From assembly GCA_016700135.1 (NCBI GenBank), contig CP065004.1, forward strand, positions 1,170,001-1,202,000: a DNA stretch of 32,000 bases, in the 5' to 3' direction. The position numbers and the translations under genes were made by a program. The stretch is from Candidatus Saccharimonadota bacterium (GTDB lineage: Bacteria > Patescibacteriota > Microgenomatia > UBA1406 > GWC2-37-13). Below, piece after piece: positions 15,658-23,898 of the stretch. The notes below the pieces were generated by a model that was given only the letters and a program-made list of their open reading frames with translations, made no database searches and was not told the DNA's origin. Within the stretch, counting starts at the first letter, position 1. Every line of letters starts with the position of its first letter.

Positions 15658-16876
15658 ACTGTTTCACAAACTTCTGAAACTGATCGCCTTTTTCAACAAA
15701 ATTTTTCCAGAGACTATAACTGGGTGATGCGGTAGATAAAAGACAAACACTGAGCGGAGGGGCATGATTGTATGCAAATGCAACCGCTTCCTCCATGCTC
15801 TGGGTCTCACAGATATTCCAGAAGGAACGATCAACCTCAAAAAGTGCAGTTTTGATCCGTGCTCCTGACTCGGGAAAAAGCACAATATTTTTTATACACG
15901 TTTCCCTCAATTCACTTGCCAGTTCAAGAAAGTCATATCCGCGGTCCTCACCACCCAAGAAAATGGTACTGATACCCGGAATTGCTTTTACGGCTGCAAT
16001 TGTGGATTCAGGCGTTGTTGAGATCGCATCGTCATAAAAGGTAATCCGTTTAAAGGTCCCGACTTTCTGCAGCCGATGCGGCAACGGATTGAATGATTGG
16101 ATCGCATCTTCCGCCTCGCGATACGATACCCCGCACAGAGATGTCACTGTGATGGCCCCTCTGATATTGTCAACATTGTGCTGTCCGAGCAGGGGAATCC
16201 GTTCGGGAATAAAGTCATTCTCATACGGTTTCGGCTGTGCTGATGTCGTTTTTGTCCACTCCGAAAGACGAGTAAACGCAGGATTATATACATAGTAATC
16301 CGTTTTCTCTGCATGCGCGATCATCCGGTGTTTCGCTTCATAGTAATTGTCAAGCGTACCGTGATATGGGACATGATCCGGAAACAGACTCACAATAAGA
16401 GAAATATGAGGTGAGAACTGAATGTCTGACAACTGATAGCTGGACAATTCACAAACGATATACACGGTCTGTTCGTGTTCCTCGTTAAAAAAATCAAGAA
16501 GGGGTTTACCGATATTGCCCAGAAGTTCCGTTTGTCTGCCTGTTTGAGAAAAAATATGATGAATAAGCGATGCCGTTGTACTTTTACCTTTTGTCCCCGT
16601 CACACCGATCGTTACATGTTTCTTATCAAGATTTGCAAAAAAAATATTAGTGGCAGTTGTATACGGTACAGTAATCTCCTGTGCTCTGATGCCCGGTGTT
16701 TTAATGACCAGATCGAACTCTGATTGCTTTTTCAGGTAATCCTCACCGTCCTTGCGGTCAGTTATTTCAAATGTCGCAGACGGCACAAATTTCCTGAGAA
16801 AATTCTCCGTCGATTTTCCCTCAATACCATACCCCGCAATCAAAATACGTTTGTTCATCAAGTCTTGAATCTTCAT
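15650..16876 (-). CDS. murD: UDP-N-acetylmuramoyl-L-alanine--glutamate ligase (MurD family; possibly an L-Glu-adding MurD2 type)
   Basis: 408 aa: N-terminal Rossmann ILIAGYGIEGKS, Mur ligase P-loop GVTGTKGKSTT, and DDAISTTPEST. It has a 4-nt ATGA overlap with the upstream PP-loop gene and an 8-nt overlap with ftsW. Confidence 0.88.
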   Translation of the reverse strand: MKIQDLMNKRILIAGYGIEGKSTENFLRKFVPSATFEITDRKDGEDYLKKQSEFDLVIKTPGIRAQEITVPYTTATNIFFANLDKKHVTIGVTGTKGKSTTASLIHHIFSQTGRQTELLGNIGKPLLDFFNEEHEQTVYIVCELSSYQLSDIQFSPHISLIVSLFPDHVPYHGTLDNYYEAKHRMIAHAEKTDYYVYNPAFTRLSEWTKTTSAQPKPYENDFIPERIPLLGQHNVDNIRGAITVTSLCGVSYREAEDAIQSFNPLPHRLQKVGTFKRITFYDDAISTTPESTIAAVKAIPGISTIFLGGEDRGYDFLELASELRETCIKNIVLFPESGARIKTALFEVDRSFWNICETQSMEEAVAFAYNHAPPLSVCLLSTASPSYSLWKNFVEKGDQFQKFVKQYA

Positions 16877-18195
16877 ATCATTGTTCTGAACTGCTCAGGT
16901 ATAACCGAGCGGTCAATATTGGTAACTTCTTTTTCAAGGGTTGTTATATCAAGTTTAGGCAAAATCTGTTGTTCAAACAGATCCATGACAGGTGTCCCTT
17001 TATATTCTCCCTGTGAAGCAGCTTTCACCATTGCAAGCTTCACCTCATCAGGAGTACCGACACATTCAAATGGCTTAAAGCCGCTTACACCCAGAAGTTC
17101 CTTGTAAAGCGGGATAAGATCAGCCTGAGCATACATATTCGTTTGAAACAAATCAGTAAGCTCCTTTTTTGAGATATGTGCCGATAAAAGTGCAAAAACA
17201 AACGCACATTTCGGACAGGTCCCGCACCATCTCGGTGAATTTTCATGCTCAATGATATTAAAATTTCTGTTGCAGCTGGAAAACGATGAAAAATATTCGG
17301 GATACTTAGAAAACAGTTCGACAATGGTGTATTCCGAATACGGTCGCAGCAGCGATACATACAGCAAATCAGAAGATATAAATTTCCCGATATATGTCTG
17401 AAACAATGTTTCAAATTCACGCGATTTGCTCCACTGATGATTGACCGTTTCGCCTAGATACTCGACATTGCCGTAGTCAGCGCTTCGTTCATTACTTGTG
17501 ATCAGGCCGTCATATCCGTACAATGCGGCTGTCAGGATACCGATACAGGCATACACCGCCGAGACAGGAATATGGCCGTTAGTGACGCCTTCTTTTTTAT
17601 TTATTGCAAAAAGCTGAGGATCAATAATGCGTTTTATCCGTATTGCATCGAGTTTCATGGAACTAAGAACGGTTTCAATTAGCGGATAGCTTTTCTGCGT
17701 TTCCACCACAAATCCGTCTGCATTTATCTGATTTTTTTTAAGAATCTCCGCGGAAAGGATTGAGTCTTTACCACCCCCGACGCCGATCAGATACCGATTA
17801 CTCTTTTTCATTGTTTGTGGAGTTTGTGTTTGATTTTCATCAAAAGGGAACTTCACAAGGCCGCGGAAATCTATTTCGTTCCGGTAATAAAACTCCCCCA
17901 ATCCTTTGGTATATACCGTATTCCAGAAGTCAGCCTGTGCGGGTGTAAGTGAATACCCTTCAATGATTATCTCTTTCGGACAATACGTTTTCCAGTAACT
18001 GAGTCCGAGGACGATATGCACAGTCTGCAACAACGCATGAAGAAGAGTTTCAGGAATAGAATGTACTTCCCTGTTAGGTAATATAAGATTCTCGGTAAAA
18101 CGAAGTTCCTCTCCTTCGTGCCTTATTTTGTAATGAAAGCTCATGACAGAAGAATGGATATCGGAAGTGTAACCTTCAAAGATAAACTGACTCAT
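16873..18195 (-). CDS. PP-loop ATP-pyrophosphatase-superfamily protein; candidate MurL-type UDP-MurNAc-L-Ala-L-Glu epimerase
   Basis: 440 aa. IGVGGGKDSILS is a PP-loop of the SGGxDS type. A QueC-like Cys cluster follows (SSC...17 aa...WCGTCPKCAF). It is translationally coupled (ATGA) to murD. The CDS call is confident, the product call is moderate. Confidence 0.6.
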   Translation of the reverse strand: MSQFIFEGYTSDIHSSVMSFHYKIRHEGEELRFTENLILPNREVHSIPETLLHALLQTVHIVLGLSYWKTYCPKEIIIEGYSLTPAQADFWNTVYTKGLGEFYYRNEIDFRGLVKFPFDENQTQTPQTMKKSNRYLIGVGGGKDSILSAEILKKNQINADGFVVETQKSYPLIETVLSSMKLDAIRIKRIIDPQLFAINKKEGVTNGHIPVSAVYACIGILTAALYGYDGLITSNERSADYGNVEYLGETVNHQWSKSREFETLFQTYIGKFISSDLLYVSLLRPYSEYTIVELFSKYPEYFSSFSSCNRNFNIIEHENSPRWCGTCPKCAFVFALLSAHISKKELTDLFQTNMYAQADLIPLYKELLGVSGFKPFECVGTPDEVKLAMVKAASQGEYKGTPVMDLFEQQILPKLDITTLEKEVTNIDRSVIPEQFRTMI

Positions 18196-18201
18196 ATGTA
18201 T

Positions 18202-18207
18202 ATTATA
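18202..18207 (-). promoter_or_regulatory. -10 box TATAAT 6 nt upstream of the ATG of the PP-loop/murD/ftsW... operon
   Basis: The minus strand reads CAT-TATAAT-ATACAT-ATG(18195). No SD is present. Confidence 0.45.
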
Positions 18208-18246
18208 ATGAATAACTGCAGTTAAGACGTACCATTATCACTAATT

Positions 18247-18495
18247 ATGAAAACCCCGGGAACGATCATTCTATACGGTAGGCACGATTGCCGGGACTGC
18301 CAAAGCATCAAAAATTTTTTGGATGTTCACGGTATTCCCTATCTGTATATCGACATAGATGAGCATCCTTCCGCTGCTCTTGAAGTCACGAATCAAACAA
18401 ACGGTTATCAAAAGATTCCTCTTCTGGTGTTCCCTGACAAAACAGTGCTTATTGAACCGAATATTGAAGAAATTGAAGAAAAAATAAAAGGTTAA
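18247..18495 (+). CDS. Glutaredoxin/NrdH-like small thioredoxin-fold protein
   Basis: 82 aa: IILYGRHDCRDCQSIKNFLDVHGIPYLYIDID (CxxC after beta1), and ...IPLLVFPD... carrying the cis-Pro region. Confidence 0.8.
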   Translation: MKTPGTIILYGRHDCRDCQSIKNFLDVHGIPYLYIDIDEHPSAALEVTNQTNGYQKIPLLVFPDKTVLIEPNIEEIEEKIKG

Positions 18496-20843
18496 GGGAC
18501 CGCGTTTCTGACTTCCTGAACCGGTTTGTCACCCTGCTTAATTACGGTTTGCTGGCAATAACTTTTCCGCTCTGTGCCTCTCAGGAAGTATTCCACCCGG
18601 CCGTTATAACAGGGCATGGAGACAACATTAACCGGTTGCGGCATCTTGCCTGCGGCATCATGTTCCTCAATCATATATTTCATAATCCGGTTAAAGATAG
18701 GTCCGGCACCGAGCGAACCGGCAATGCTGTGCATTGAACTGTTGTTATTGTTCCCGACCCAGACTCCGACTACTACTTTGTCGGTAAATCCGATCGTCCA
18801 TGCATCTTTGTAATCATTTGTTGTTCCCGTCTTTGCCGAGACTATTTCGTCCTTAACATGCAGCGGATTATTTACTCCGAAGGCCTGCTGTCTTGCTGTA
18901 TTGTCAGAAAGAATATCTGAAATGATAAAAGCTACACCTTCATTGAGAACACGAGTCTTTGTACTGCGGATATGGGTCACATCCTTTTCCCGTGAATCCT
19001 TAATCTCCACAAACGGAGTCGGTTCCACCCTATATCCGCCGTTGGCAAATACGCTGTATACCTGTGTCAGATCTACGAGAGTTACTTCTCCGCCGCCGAG
19101 TGCTATTGACAAACCGAACCGTGATGATTCCTCCCAGGTGTCGATTCCCATGGTTTTGGCAAAATCTACAAACGGTTGTACACCCATGGTGTTTAGAACT
19201 TTAATAGCAGGAACATTATATGAATTTCCGAGGGCGTAACGTATCGGAACCCTTCCGTGATACCTTCTGTCGTAATTGACCGGTTGATACGGTTCGGCAC
19301 CGGCAATATTGAACACAATAGGTGAGTCGTCGATAGGTGTTGCAGCCGTATATCCGTTTTCAAGAGCCATGGCATACAGCATCGGCTTCAGCGTAGAACC
19401 GGGTTGACGCTGAGCGGTCGTGACATTGAACGCTCCGTAGTTTTCTCCGAAATAATTTACTGATCCCACCATTGCGAGAATCTGACCGGTGTTGGGGTCC
19501 ATTACAATTACACCACCGTTTGACGCATTAAGCGGCTGCAGCTTTTCTACTTCTTCCCGTAAAATTTCTTCAGCCTTCGTCTGAATATCAAGATCCAAAG
19601 ACGTCACAATATTAAAACCTGATTCTTCAACTTTTTTCGTGCCGAATTCGTTTTCAAGTGCGGTCCGGGTATACATGACAAAATGCGGGGCACGGATGTT
19701 TGTGGTCGGAGGGAGCACAGTAAGATCTTCCTGTATCGCATTTTCAAACTGATTTTTGGAAATATAGTGCTGAAGATACATTTCCTGCAGCACCTGATCA
19801 CGCCTTCTTTCGGCTAGGTCAGGATCGATAAAAGGCGAATAAATGGAAGGCGCTCTGGGAAGACCAGCCAGCAATGCCGCTTCTCCGAGCGTGAGTTCCT
19901 GAGCGGTTTTACCGAAATATACTTTTGAAGCCTCTTCAATGCCGTATGCAGAACCGCCGTACGGCACCTGATTCAGATACATTTCCATAATTTCATCTTT
20001 TGTATACATCTGTTCCGTCCATAGTGCGAGCACCATCTCTTTGAGTTTTCTTTCAATAGTCCGTTCAGGAGTAAGGAGAGCCGTTTTTACCAGCTGCTGT
20101 GTGATAGTCGATCCTCCCTGTAGTTCATTGTAAATAAATGAATCTTTTGCTGCCCGCAGAATACCTCCGAAAAAGGAAATCCCTTTGTGATTGTAAAAAT
20201 TCTTATCTTCAATCGCAATAGTCGCCTGAATGACCGCTTTCGGAACTGAAGAAAGCGGCACGGAGGTACGGTTCACATCCCGATAAATCGCGTACAGCAA
20301 TTTCCCGTTCCGGTCATACAAATGAGTAGATTGAGCAAAATTTACCTGACCGATCGCAGCAGGTGACGGCAGTTCACGCACAAAAAAGTATGCCTGTTGG
20401 ATAAACAGAAACAGTAAACAAAACAAAAATCCGTATACAAAATACTGAAAATATTTACTTGTCAAAAAAGAGTAAAAAGAAGCAATCAGATGAATAATTC
20501 CTAAAAATATTCCTTCAATTATTGCAATAATCTGTTTCGCAATCGAAATGAGAAACAACGGAGTATTTTTAATAACATACCAAAGAAATGATCCTGTCTG
20601 CTTTAGACCGTATGAGACTGCACCGGCAGAGTTTGTACCGGCGGCGCCAATATTTTTAACAGTTATAAGTGAAGACACTTTTTGAGTAAGATAGCGCAAA
20701 GAAGTATAAGGAAATAAAACAGCCCGCATTACGGATTTCCCGACATATACTACAACGACCGTCCAAACATACAGAAGAAAAAAGATACTCCGTAAAATTG
20801 CATTTTTAAGCATGCGAAATGATAGTCGTATTTCACTTGACAT
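18492..20843 (-). CDS. Class A penicillin-binding protein (GT51 glycosyltransferase plus transpeptidase) with an extended multi-TM N-terminus
   Basis: 783 aa. GT51 motifs: AIEDKNFYNHKGI, GGSTITQQLVK, RKLKEM. Transpeptidase motifs: PGSTLKP (SxxK), SYN (SxN), KTGTT. Confidence 0.92.
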   Translation of the reverse strand: MSSEIRLSFRMLKNAILRSIFFLLYVWTVVVVYVGKSVMRAVLFPYTSLRYLTQKVSSLITVKNIGAAGTNSAGAVSYGLKQTGSFLWYVIKNTPLFLISIAKQIIAIIEGIFLGIIHLIASFYSFLTSKYFQYFVYGFLFCLLFLFIQQAYFFVRELPSPAAIGQVNFAQSTHLYDRNGKLLYAIYRDVNRTSVPLSSVPKAVIQATIAIEDKNFYNHKGISFFGGILRAAKDSFIYNELQGGSTITQQLVKTALLTPERTIERKLKEMVLALWTEQMYTKDEIMEMYLNQVPYGGSAYGIEEASKVYFGKTAQELTLGEAALLAGLPRAPSIYSPFIDPDLAERRRDQVLQEMYLQHYISKNQFENAIQEDLTVLPPTTNIRAPHFVMYTRTALENEFGTKKVEESGFNIVTSLDLDIQTKAEEILREEVEKLQPLNASNGGVIVMDPNTGQILAMVGSVNYFGENYGAFNVTTAQRQPGSTLKPMLYAMALENGYTAATPIDDSPIVFNIAGAEPYQPVNYDRRYHGRVPIRYALGNSYNVPAIKVLNTMGVQPFVDFAKTMGIDTWEESSRFGLSIALGGGEVTLVDLTQVYSVFANGGYRVEPTPFVEIKDSREKDVTHIRSTKTRVLNEGVAFIISDILSDNTARQQAFGVNNPLHVKDEIVSAKTGTTNDYKDAWTIGFTDKVVVGVWVGNNNNSSMHSIAGSLGAGPIFNRIMKYMIEEHDAAGKMPQPVNVVSMPCYNGRVEYFLRGTERKSYCQQTVIKQGDKPVQEVRNAVP

Positions 20844-20849
20844 ACGGAT

Positions 20850-20858
20850 ATTTTAACA
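20850..20858 (-). promoter_or_regulatory. Extended -10 TGtTAAAAT 6 nt upstream of the PBP ATG
   Basis: The minus strand reads TGTTAAAAT-ATCCGT-ATG(20843). No SD is present. Confidence 0.5.
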
Positions 20859-20982
20859 AAACTATAGGGCAAGTAAAAGGGTAAGTTATTATCCTTTTTG
20901 ATTGAGTAATATCCTGTTTGAAGTATTCGGAGACTATATCAGAAAGTTATAACCACTCAATGAGGTATTTCTTACAAATGTA

Positions 20983-21729
20983 TCAGTTGGCTGTATTTCT
21001 AACAATCCGTGCCTTTACAATCAACCGTTCTTTGTAAGTCCCCGGAGGCACGCATGTCACAAGGGTAAGGTATGAATCATCAAATTCCTGTTCCAGGACC
21101 GAGACTTCATCCGGTTCGACAATAAACATATCTACTACTTCATATGTGTATTGCTTGCCTTCTACGCTCACATCTATTCTGTCTCCGACATCAAGCTTGG
21201 GAAGGTAGGTAAATACTGACTTGTAGTCTTTCGCATTGTAAAGCTGCGGTAATGTAGAGTGGCCGAAAATGGCTACATTTCCGTATTGGCCCGGTATGGA
21301 AGTCGGTAAATAATGAATAAGGCTTTTCGAAAGATCTTCTCCTCCGACATCTACATTGAGATCTTTCAGGTTCAGCTTCGGAATGGAAAGTGAGTAAGAT
21401 TTTACTACCAGATCGCCGTTCGGTGTCGGAAGTTTGCTTTCGGGAAACCAGACGTTGGCGTTTGTGAAATCTCTGAGATTACTGGAAAAGAGCGTGTTGG
21501 AGGCGTAAACACTTTTGGCAAATTCCAGTGCAGAAACCGACTCTGATTCCGGTAGTGGTGATGCGGCATCTTTTTTGAGAAATACCCGCGCATACAATTC
21601 GAATGACACAATAGGATACAAGGCCCAGAATAAGAAACCCATTCCTGCCAGCAAAACGACATAAGACGCGGCACGAACCACTTTCTTCTTTCTCGAAGTT
21701 TCTTCTTTTTTATATACGCGAAGCGGCAT
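20983..21729 (-). CDS. Sortase-family transpeptidase
   Basis: 248 aa with an N-terminal TM helix, catalytic His (VAIFGHSTLP), TLxTC (YLTLVTCVP) and Arg (ERLIVKARI). It starts 1 nt after the stop of the upstream 709-aa gene. Confidence 0.9.
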   Translation of the reverse strand: MPLRVYKKEETSRKKKVVRAASYVVLLAGMGFLFWALYPIVSFELYARVFLKKDAASPLPESESVSALEFAKSVYASNTLFSSNLRDFTNANVWFPESKLPTPNGDLVVKSYSLSIPKLNLKDLNVDVGGEDLSKSLIHYLPTSIPGQYGNVAIFGHSTLPQLYNAKDYKSVFTYLPKLDVGDRIDVSVEGKQYTYEVVDMFIVEPDEVSVLEQEFDDSYLTLVTCVPPGTYKERLIVKARIVRNTAN

Positions 21730-21730
21730 G

Positions 21731-23860
21731 TTAATCGGTTGCTGCGGAAACTGTTATGTTTTTTTGAAATAACGGTGTCCAAAGCGAGAAGCCGAAAGAT
21801 TTTTTTACTTCGATATTCTCAACGTCATAGGTAGACTTCACTTTGCTCTGAAAACCTGAGAGCGAAGTGAATTTTGCCGCCGCTTTAATAGCTTCAAGAT
21901 CAATCTTCTTATGTGCTTTGCCCGAAGCATCAACCTCCAGTGTGACTTCATCATCGCCGGAAGTAATATCAGTAATCTCATAGGTGATGTTGTCCGCATC
22001 GACGGTGAGATCATCCGTCAGCTCTTCTTCAATCATTTCTCTCAGCTTTTGCTCAAGTGCGGTTTTCTTAACGGTATAAAACTCTATTTCAGATTCCGCT
22101 TTGACGGACAGCTTGGAAGCTTCCTCTCCGATTTCTCCCGAAAAGGTTGTGTCTGCAAGTGTCACCGATGTCATATCAGGAATAATGATTTCGTCCTCTG
22201 AGATCTGTGTCCCCAGGACATCTTTACTTCCGTCTTCAGCTTTTGTTTCAACATTCTTTTTGAGGGTATCAATGTCTGCTTTTGATATTGTGGTGACATC
22301 TTTCTTTGATCCTCCGCTGAAAGCGGTCTCGACAAAAGCAACAAACAAAGAATCGGAAAGTGAAGCAACGGAAAGTTGTGTACCTTTTGCAATGTTATAT
22401 TCAGGCCCGATTTCTTCAGCAGTTGCTTTCACCTTTACTTTCCCTGATTCTTTCACTCCGTCTGCAGTACCGCCGCTTGCCGATGCCACTTTAGCTTCTG
22501 TATCAATCGAAAAAACCAGCTCACCTTTCCTCAGCTCGGTTCCGCGCGGGAATGTCCGCGCTTCTTTGTCGTAATTATGAATAATCACTTCTCCCGTAGC
22601 TTTCTCTCCGATTTCACGTTTTCCTGACGTTGCCTTTTCATCCTCAAATTCCTGTACGGTTGTCTTTCTCAGGACCGAAAGCTCGCCTGATTCGGAATCC
22701 GTCACGGGTACTTCAAAAGAGAAACTTTCAGAAATAGCTTCGGTGTTGGGGTAGACAGTGACATTTAGTTTATGAAAAAAGTATTCATACACAAAAAGCA
22801 ATGCAAAAATAACCGCCGCAAAAATCACACCAAACATAATCGGTTTTTTCGCCGTTGTGCTCCCTCCGGCGAATGAAAATGAGGGTATCATTCCCTTTAA
22901 CCTGGAAACAAAATCACCTGAACGCTGAGAGGGCGCATCATTTATCAGTGTATCAACAACGGCAGTAGGAGGAGCAACCGCGGTAACTGAATCGTCTTCA
23001 GGAGGCGGCGTATCACGGACATCCTTCCCGACCACAAAACCGAAATCTTCAGCAGGCTCATCCTTAAGACCGTTTGTGTTCTGTACTACCGGGATCTGTT
23101 CATCCTGGGTAGGATCGGGAACTTTTGATTGAGAAATGACTTCTTCACTGAAGGTTTGTGCCAGAGACGTATTCAACTCGTTCTGTTTCAAGACTTCGAT
23201 CGTGGGATGCTGTGAAAACACCTTCTGATCCCAGTCATATGTTGCAAGCTCTGATGAAACCTCAGGAGTATCCATGTCTCCGAAAACAAGCATTTTGGTC
23301 GGCATCACAATATGTCCCGGAATGGACGTCAAAACGCTTTGGATGTCTTCTCCTATCACATCTGTTCTTGCAGTATATTGCTGGTAGACTTTCTTTCCGC
23401 CTTTGTACACAGAAATGCCGACTTTAGTCTTGTTGACTTCGATTGCTACGGTATTGAGGACTGATGTCTTTCGCAGGTGATCGTGGAGTGCATCCTGCAC
23501 ATCAATATATCCCATCGGTTCCAGTTCCAGATCTTTAGAAAGTTTTTTGATGATATTTTTGTACGGTTCTTTTATTTCAAAAGTTTGTTCATCAATCATC
23601 CAGGAGTGAAGGAAAAAAATGGTTTTATCAAGATGTTTACCTGTCTGCAGTTCAAGCTGAGAAATAAGATTGTCCGTATCTTCCAGGATCTTATCAAAAC
23701 CGGCAGTCAAGCTGACGGCATTTTGGGAGAGGATATGCGGGGTGTTACCGGAGGCATCAAACACAAACCCGAATTCTGAAGCGTCGGTCAGATACAATCC
23801 AAAGTATAGATTATCGGAAGACTTCTTTTTGAGAAACGGCAGAGAGAAACCCATATGCAC
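21731..23860 (-). CDS. Large bitopic membrane protein: cytoplasmic domain of about 340 aa (possibly degenerate FtsA/PilM actin-like), one TM helix, and an extracellular domain of about 345 aa tentatively baseplate-J/gp47-like
   Basis: 709-aa ORF. The track start is GTG 23860, and ATG 23854 is more likely. TM helix at aa 341-362 (IMFGVIFAAVIFALLFVYEYFF). The N-terminus has LELEPMGYIDVQDALHDHL...VAIEVNKTKVGISVYKGG, resembling the FtsA/PilM phosphate-2 region. The C-terminus has ATGEVIIHNYDKEARTFPRGTEL...VKATAEEIGPEYNIAKGTQL...FSGG. The family names are recollection-based only. Confidence 0.75.
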   Translation of the reverse strand: MHMGFSLPFLKKKSSDNLYFGLYLTDASEFGFVFDASGNTPHILSQNAVSLTAGFDKILEDTDNLISQLELQTGKHLDKTIFFLHSWMIDEQTFEIKEPYKNIIKKLSKDLELEPMGYIDVQDALHDHLRKTSVLNTVAIEVNKTKVGISVYKGGKKVYQQYTARTDVIGEDIQSVLTSIPGHIVMPTKMLVFGDMDTPEVSSELATYDWDQKVFSQHPTIEVLKQNELNTSLAQTFSEEVISQSKVPDPTQDEQIPVVQNTNGLKDEPAEDFGFVVGKDVRDTPPPEDDSVTAVAPPTAVVDTLINDAPSQRSGDFVSRLKGMIPSFSFAGGSTTAKKPIMFGVIFAAVIFALLFVYEYFFHKLNVTVYPNTEAISESFSFEVPVTDSESGELSVLRKTTVQEFEDEKATSGKREIGEKATGEVIIHNYDKEARTFPRGTELRKGELVFSIDTEAKVASASGGTADGVKESGKVKVKATAEEIGPEYNIAKGTQLSVASLSDSLFVAFVETAFSGGSKKDVTTISKADIDTLKKNVETKAEDGSKDVLGTQISEDEIIIPDMTSVTLADTTFSGEIGEEASKLSVKAESEIEFYTVKKTALEQKLREMIEEELTDDLTVDADNITYEITDITSGDDEVTLEVDASGKAHKKIDLEAIKAAAKFTSLSGFQSKVKSTYDVENIEVKKSFGFSLWTPLFQKNITVSAATD

Positions 23861-23862
23861 TC

Positions 23863-23871
23863 ATATTAGCA
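23863..23871 (-). promoter_or_regulatory. Extended -10 TGcTAATAT 8 nt upstream of ATG 23854
   Basis: The minus strand reads TGCTAATAT-GAGTGCAT-ATG. No SD is present. Confidence 0.5.
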
Positions 23872-23898
23872 TATCCGACAGGCAAGAGCAATAATTTT

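Noticed and set aside
20859-20982. The largest intergenic spacer (139 nt, sortase stop to PBP start) as a candidate small RNA or terminator.
   Set aside because: I found only a 7-bp inverted repeat (ATTGAGT/ACTCAAT) with a 47-nt loop and an 8-nt palindrome (GTTATAAC). There is no GC-rich stem followed by a T-tract and no recognisable RNA family motif. This is insufficient evidence.
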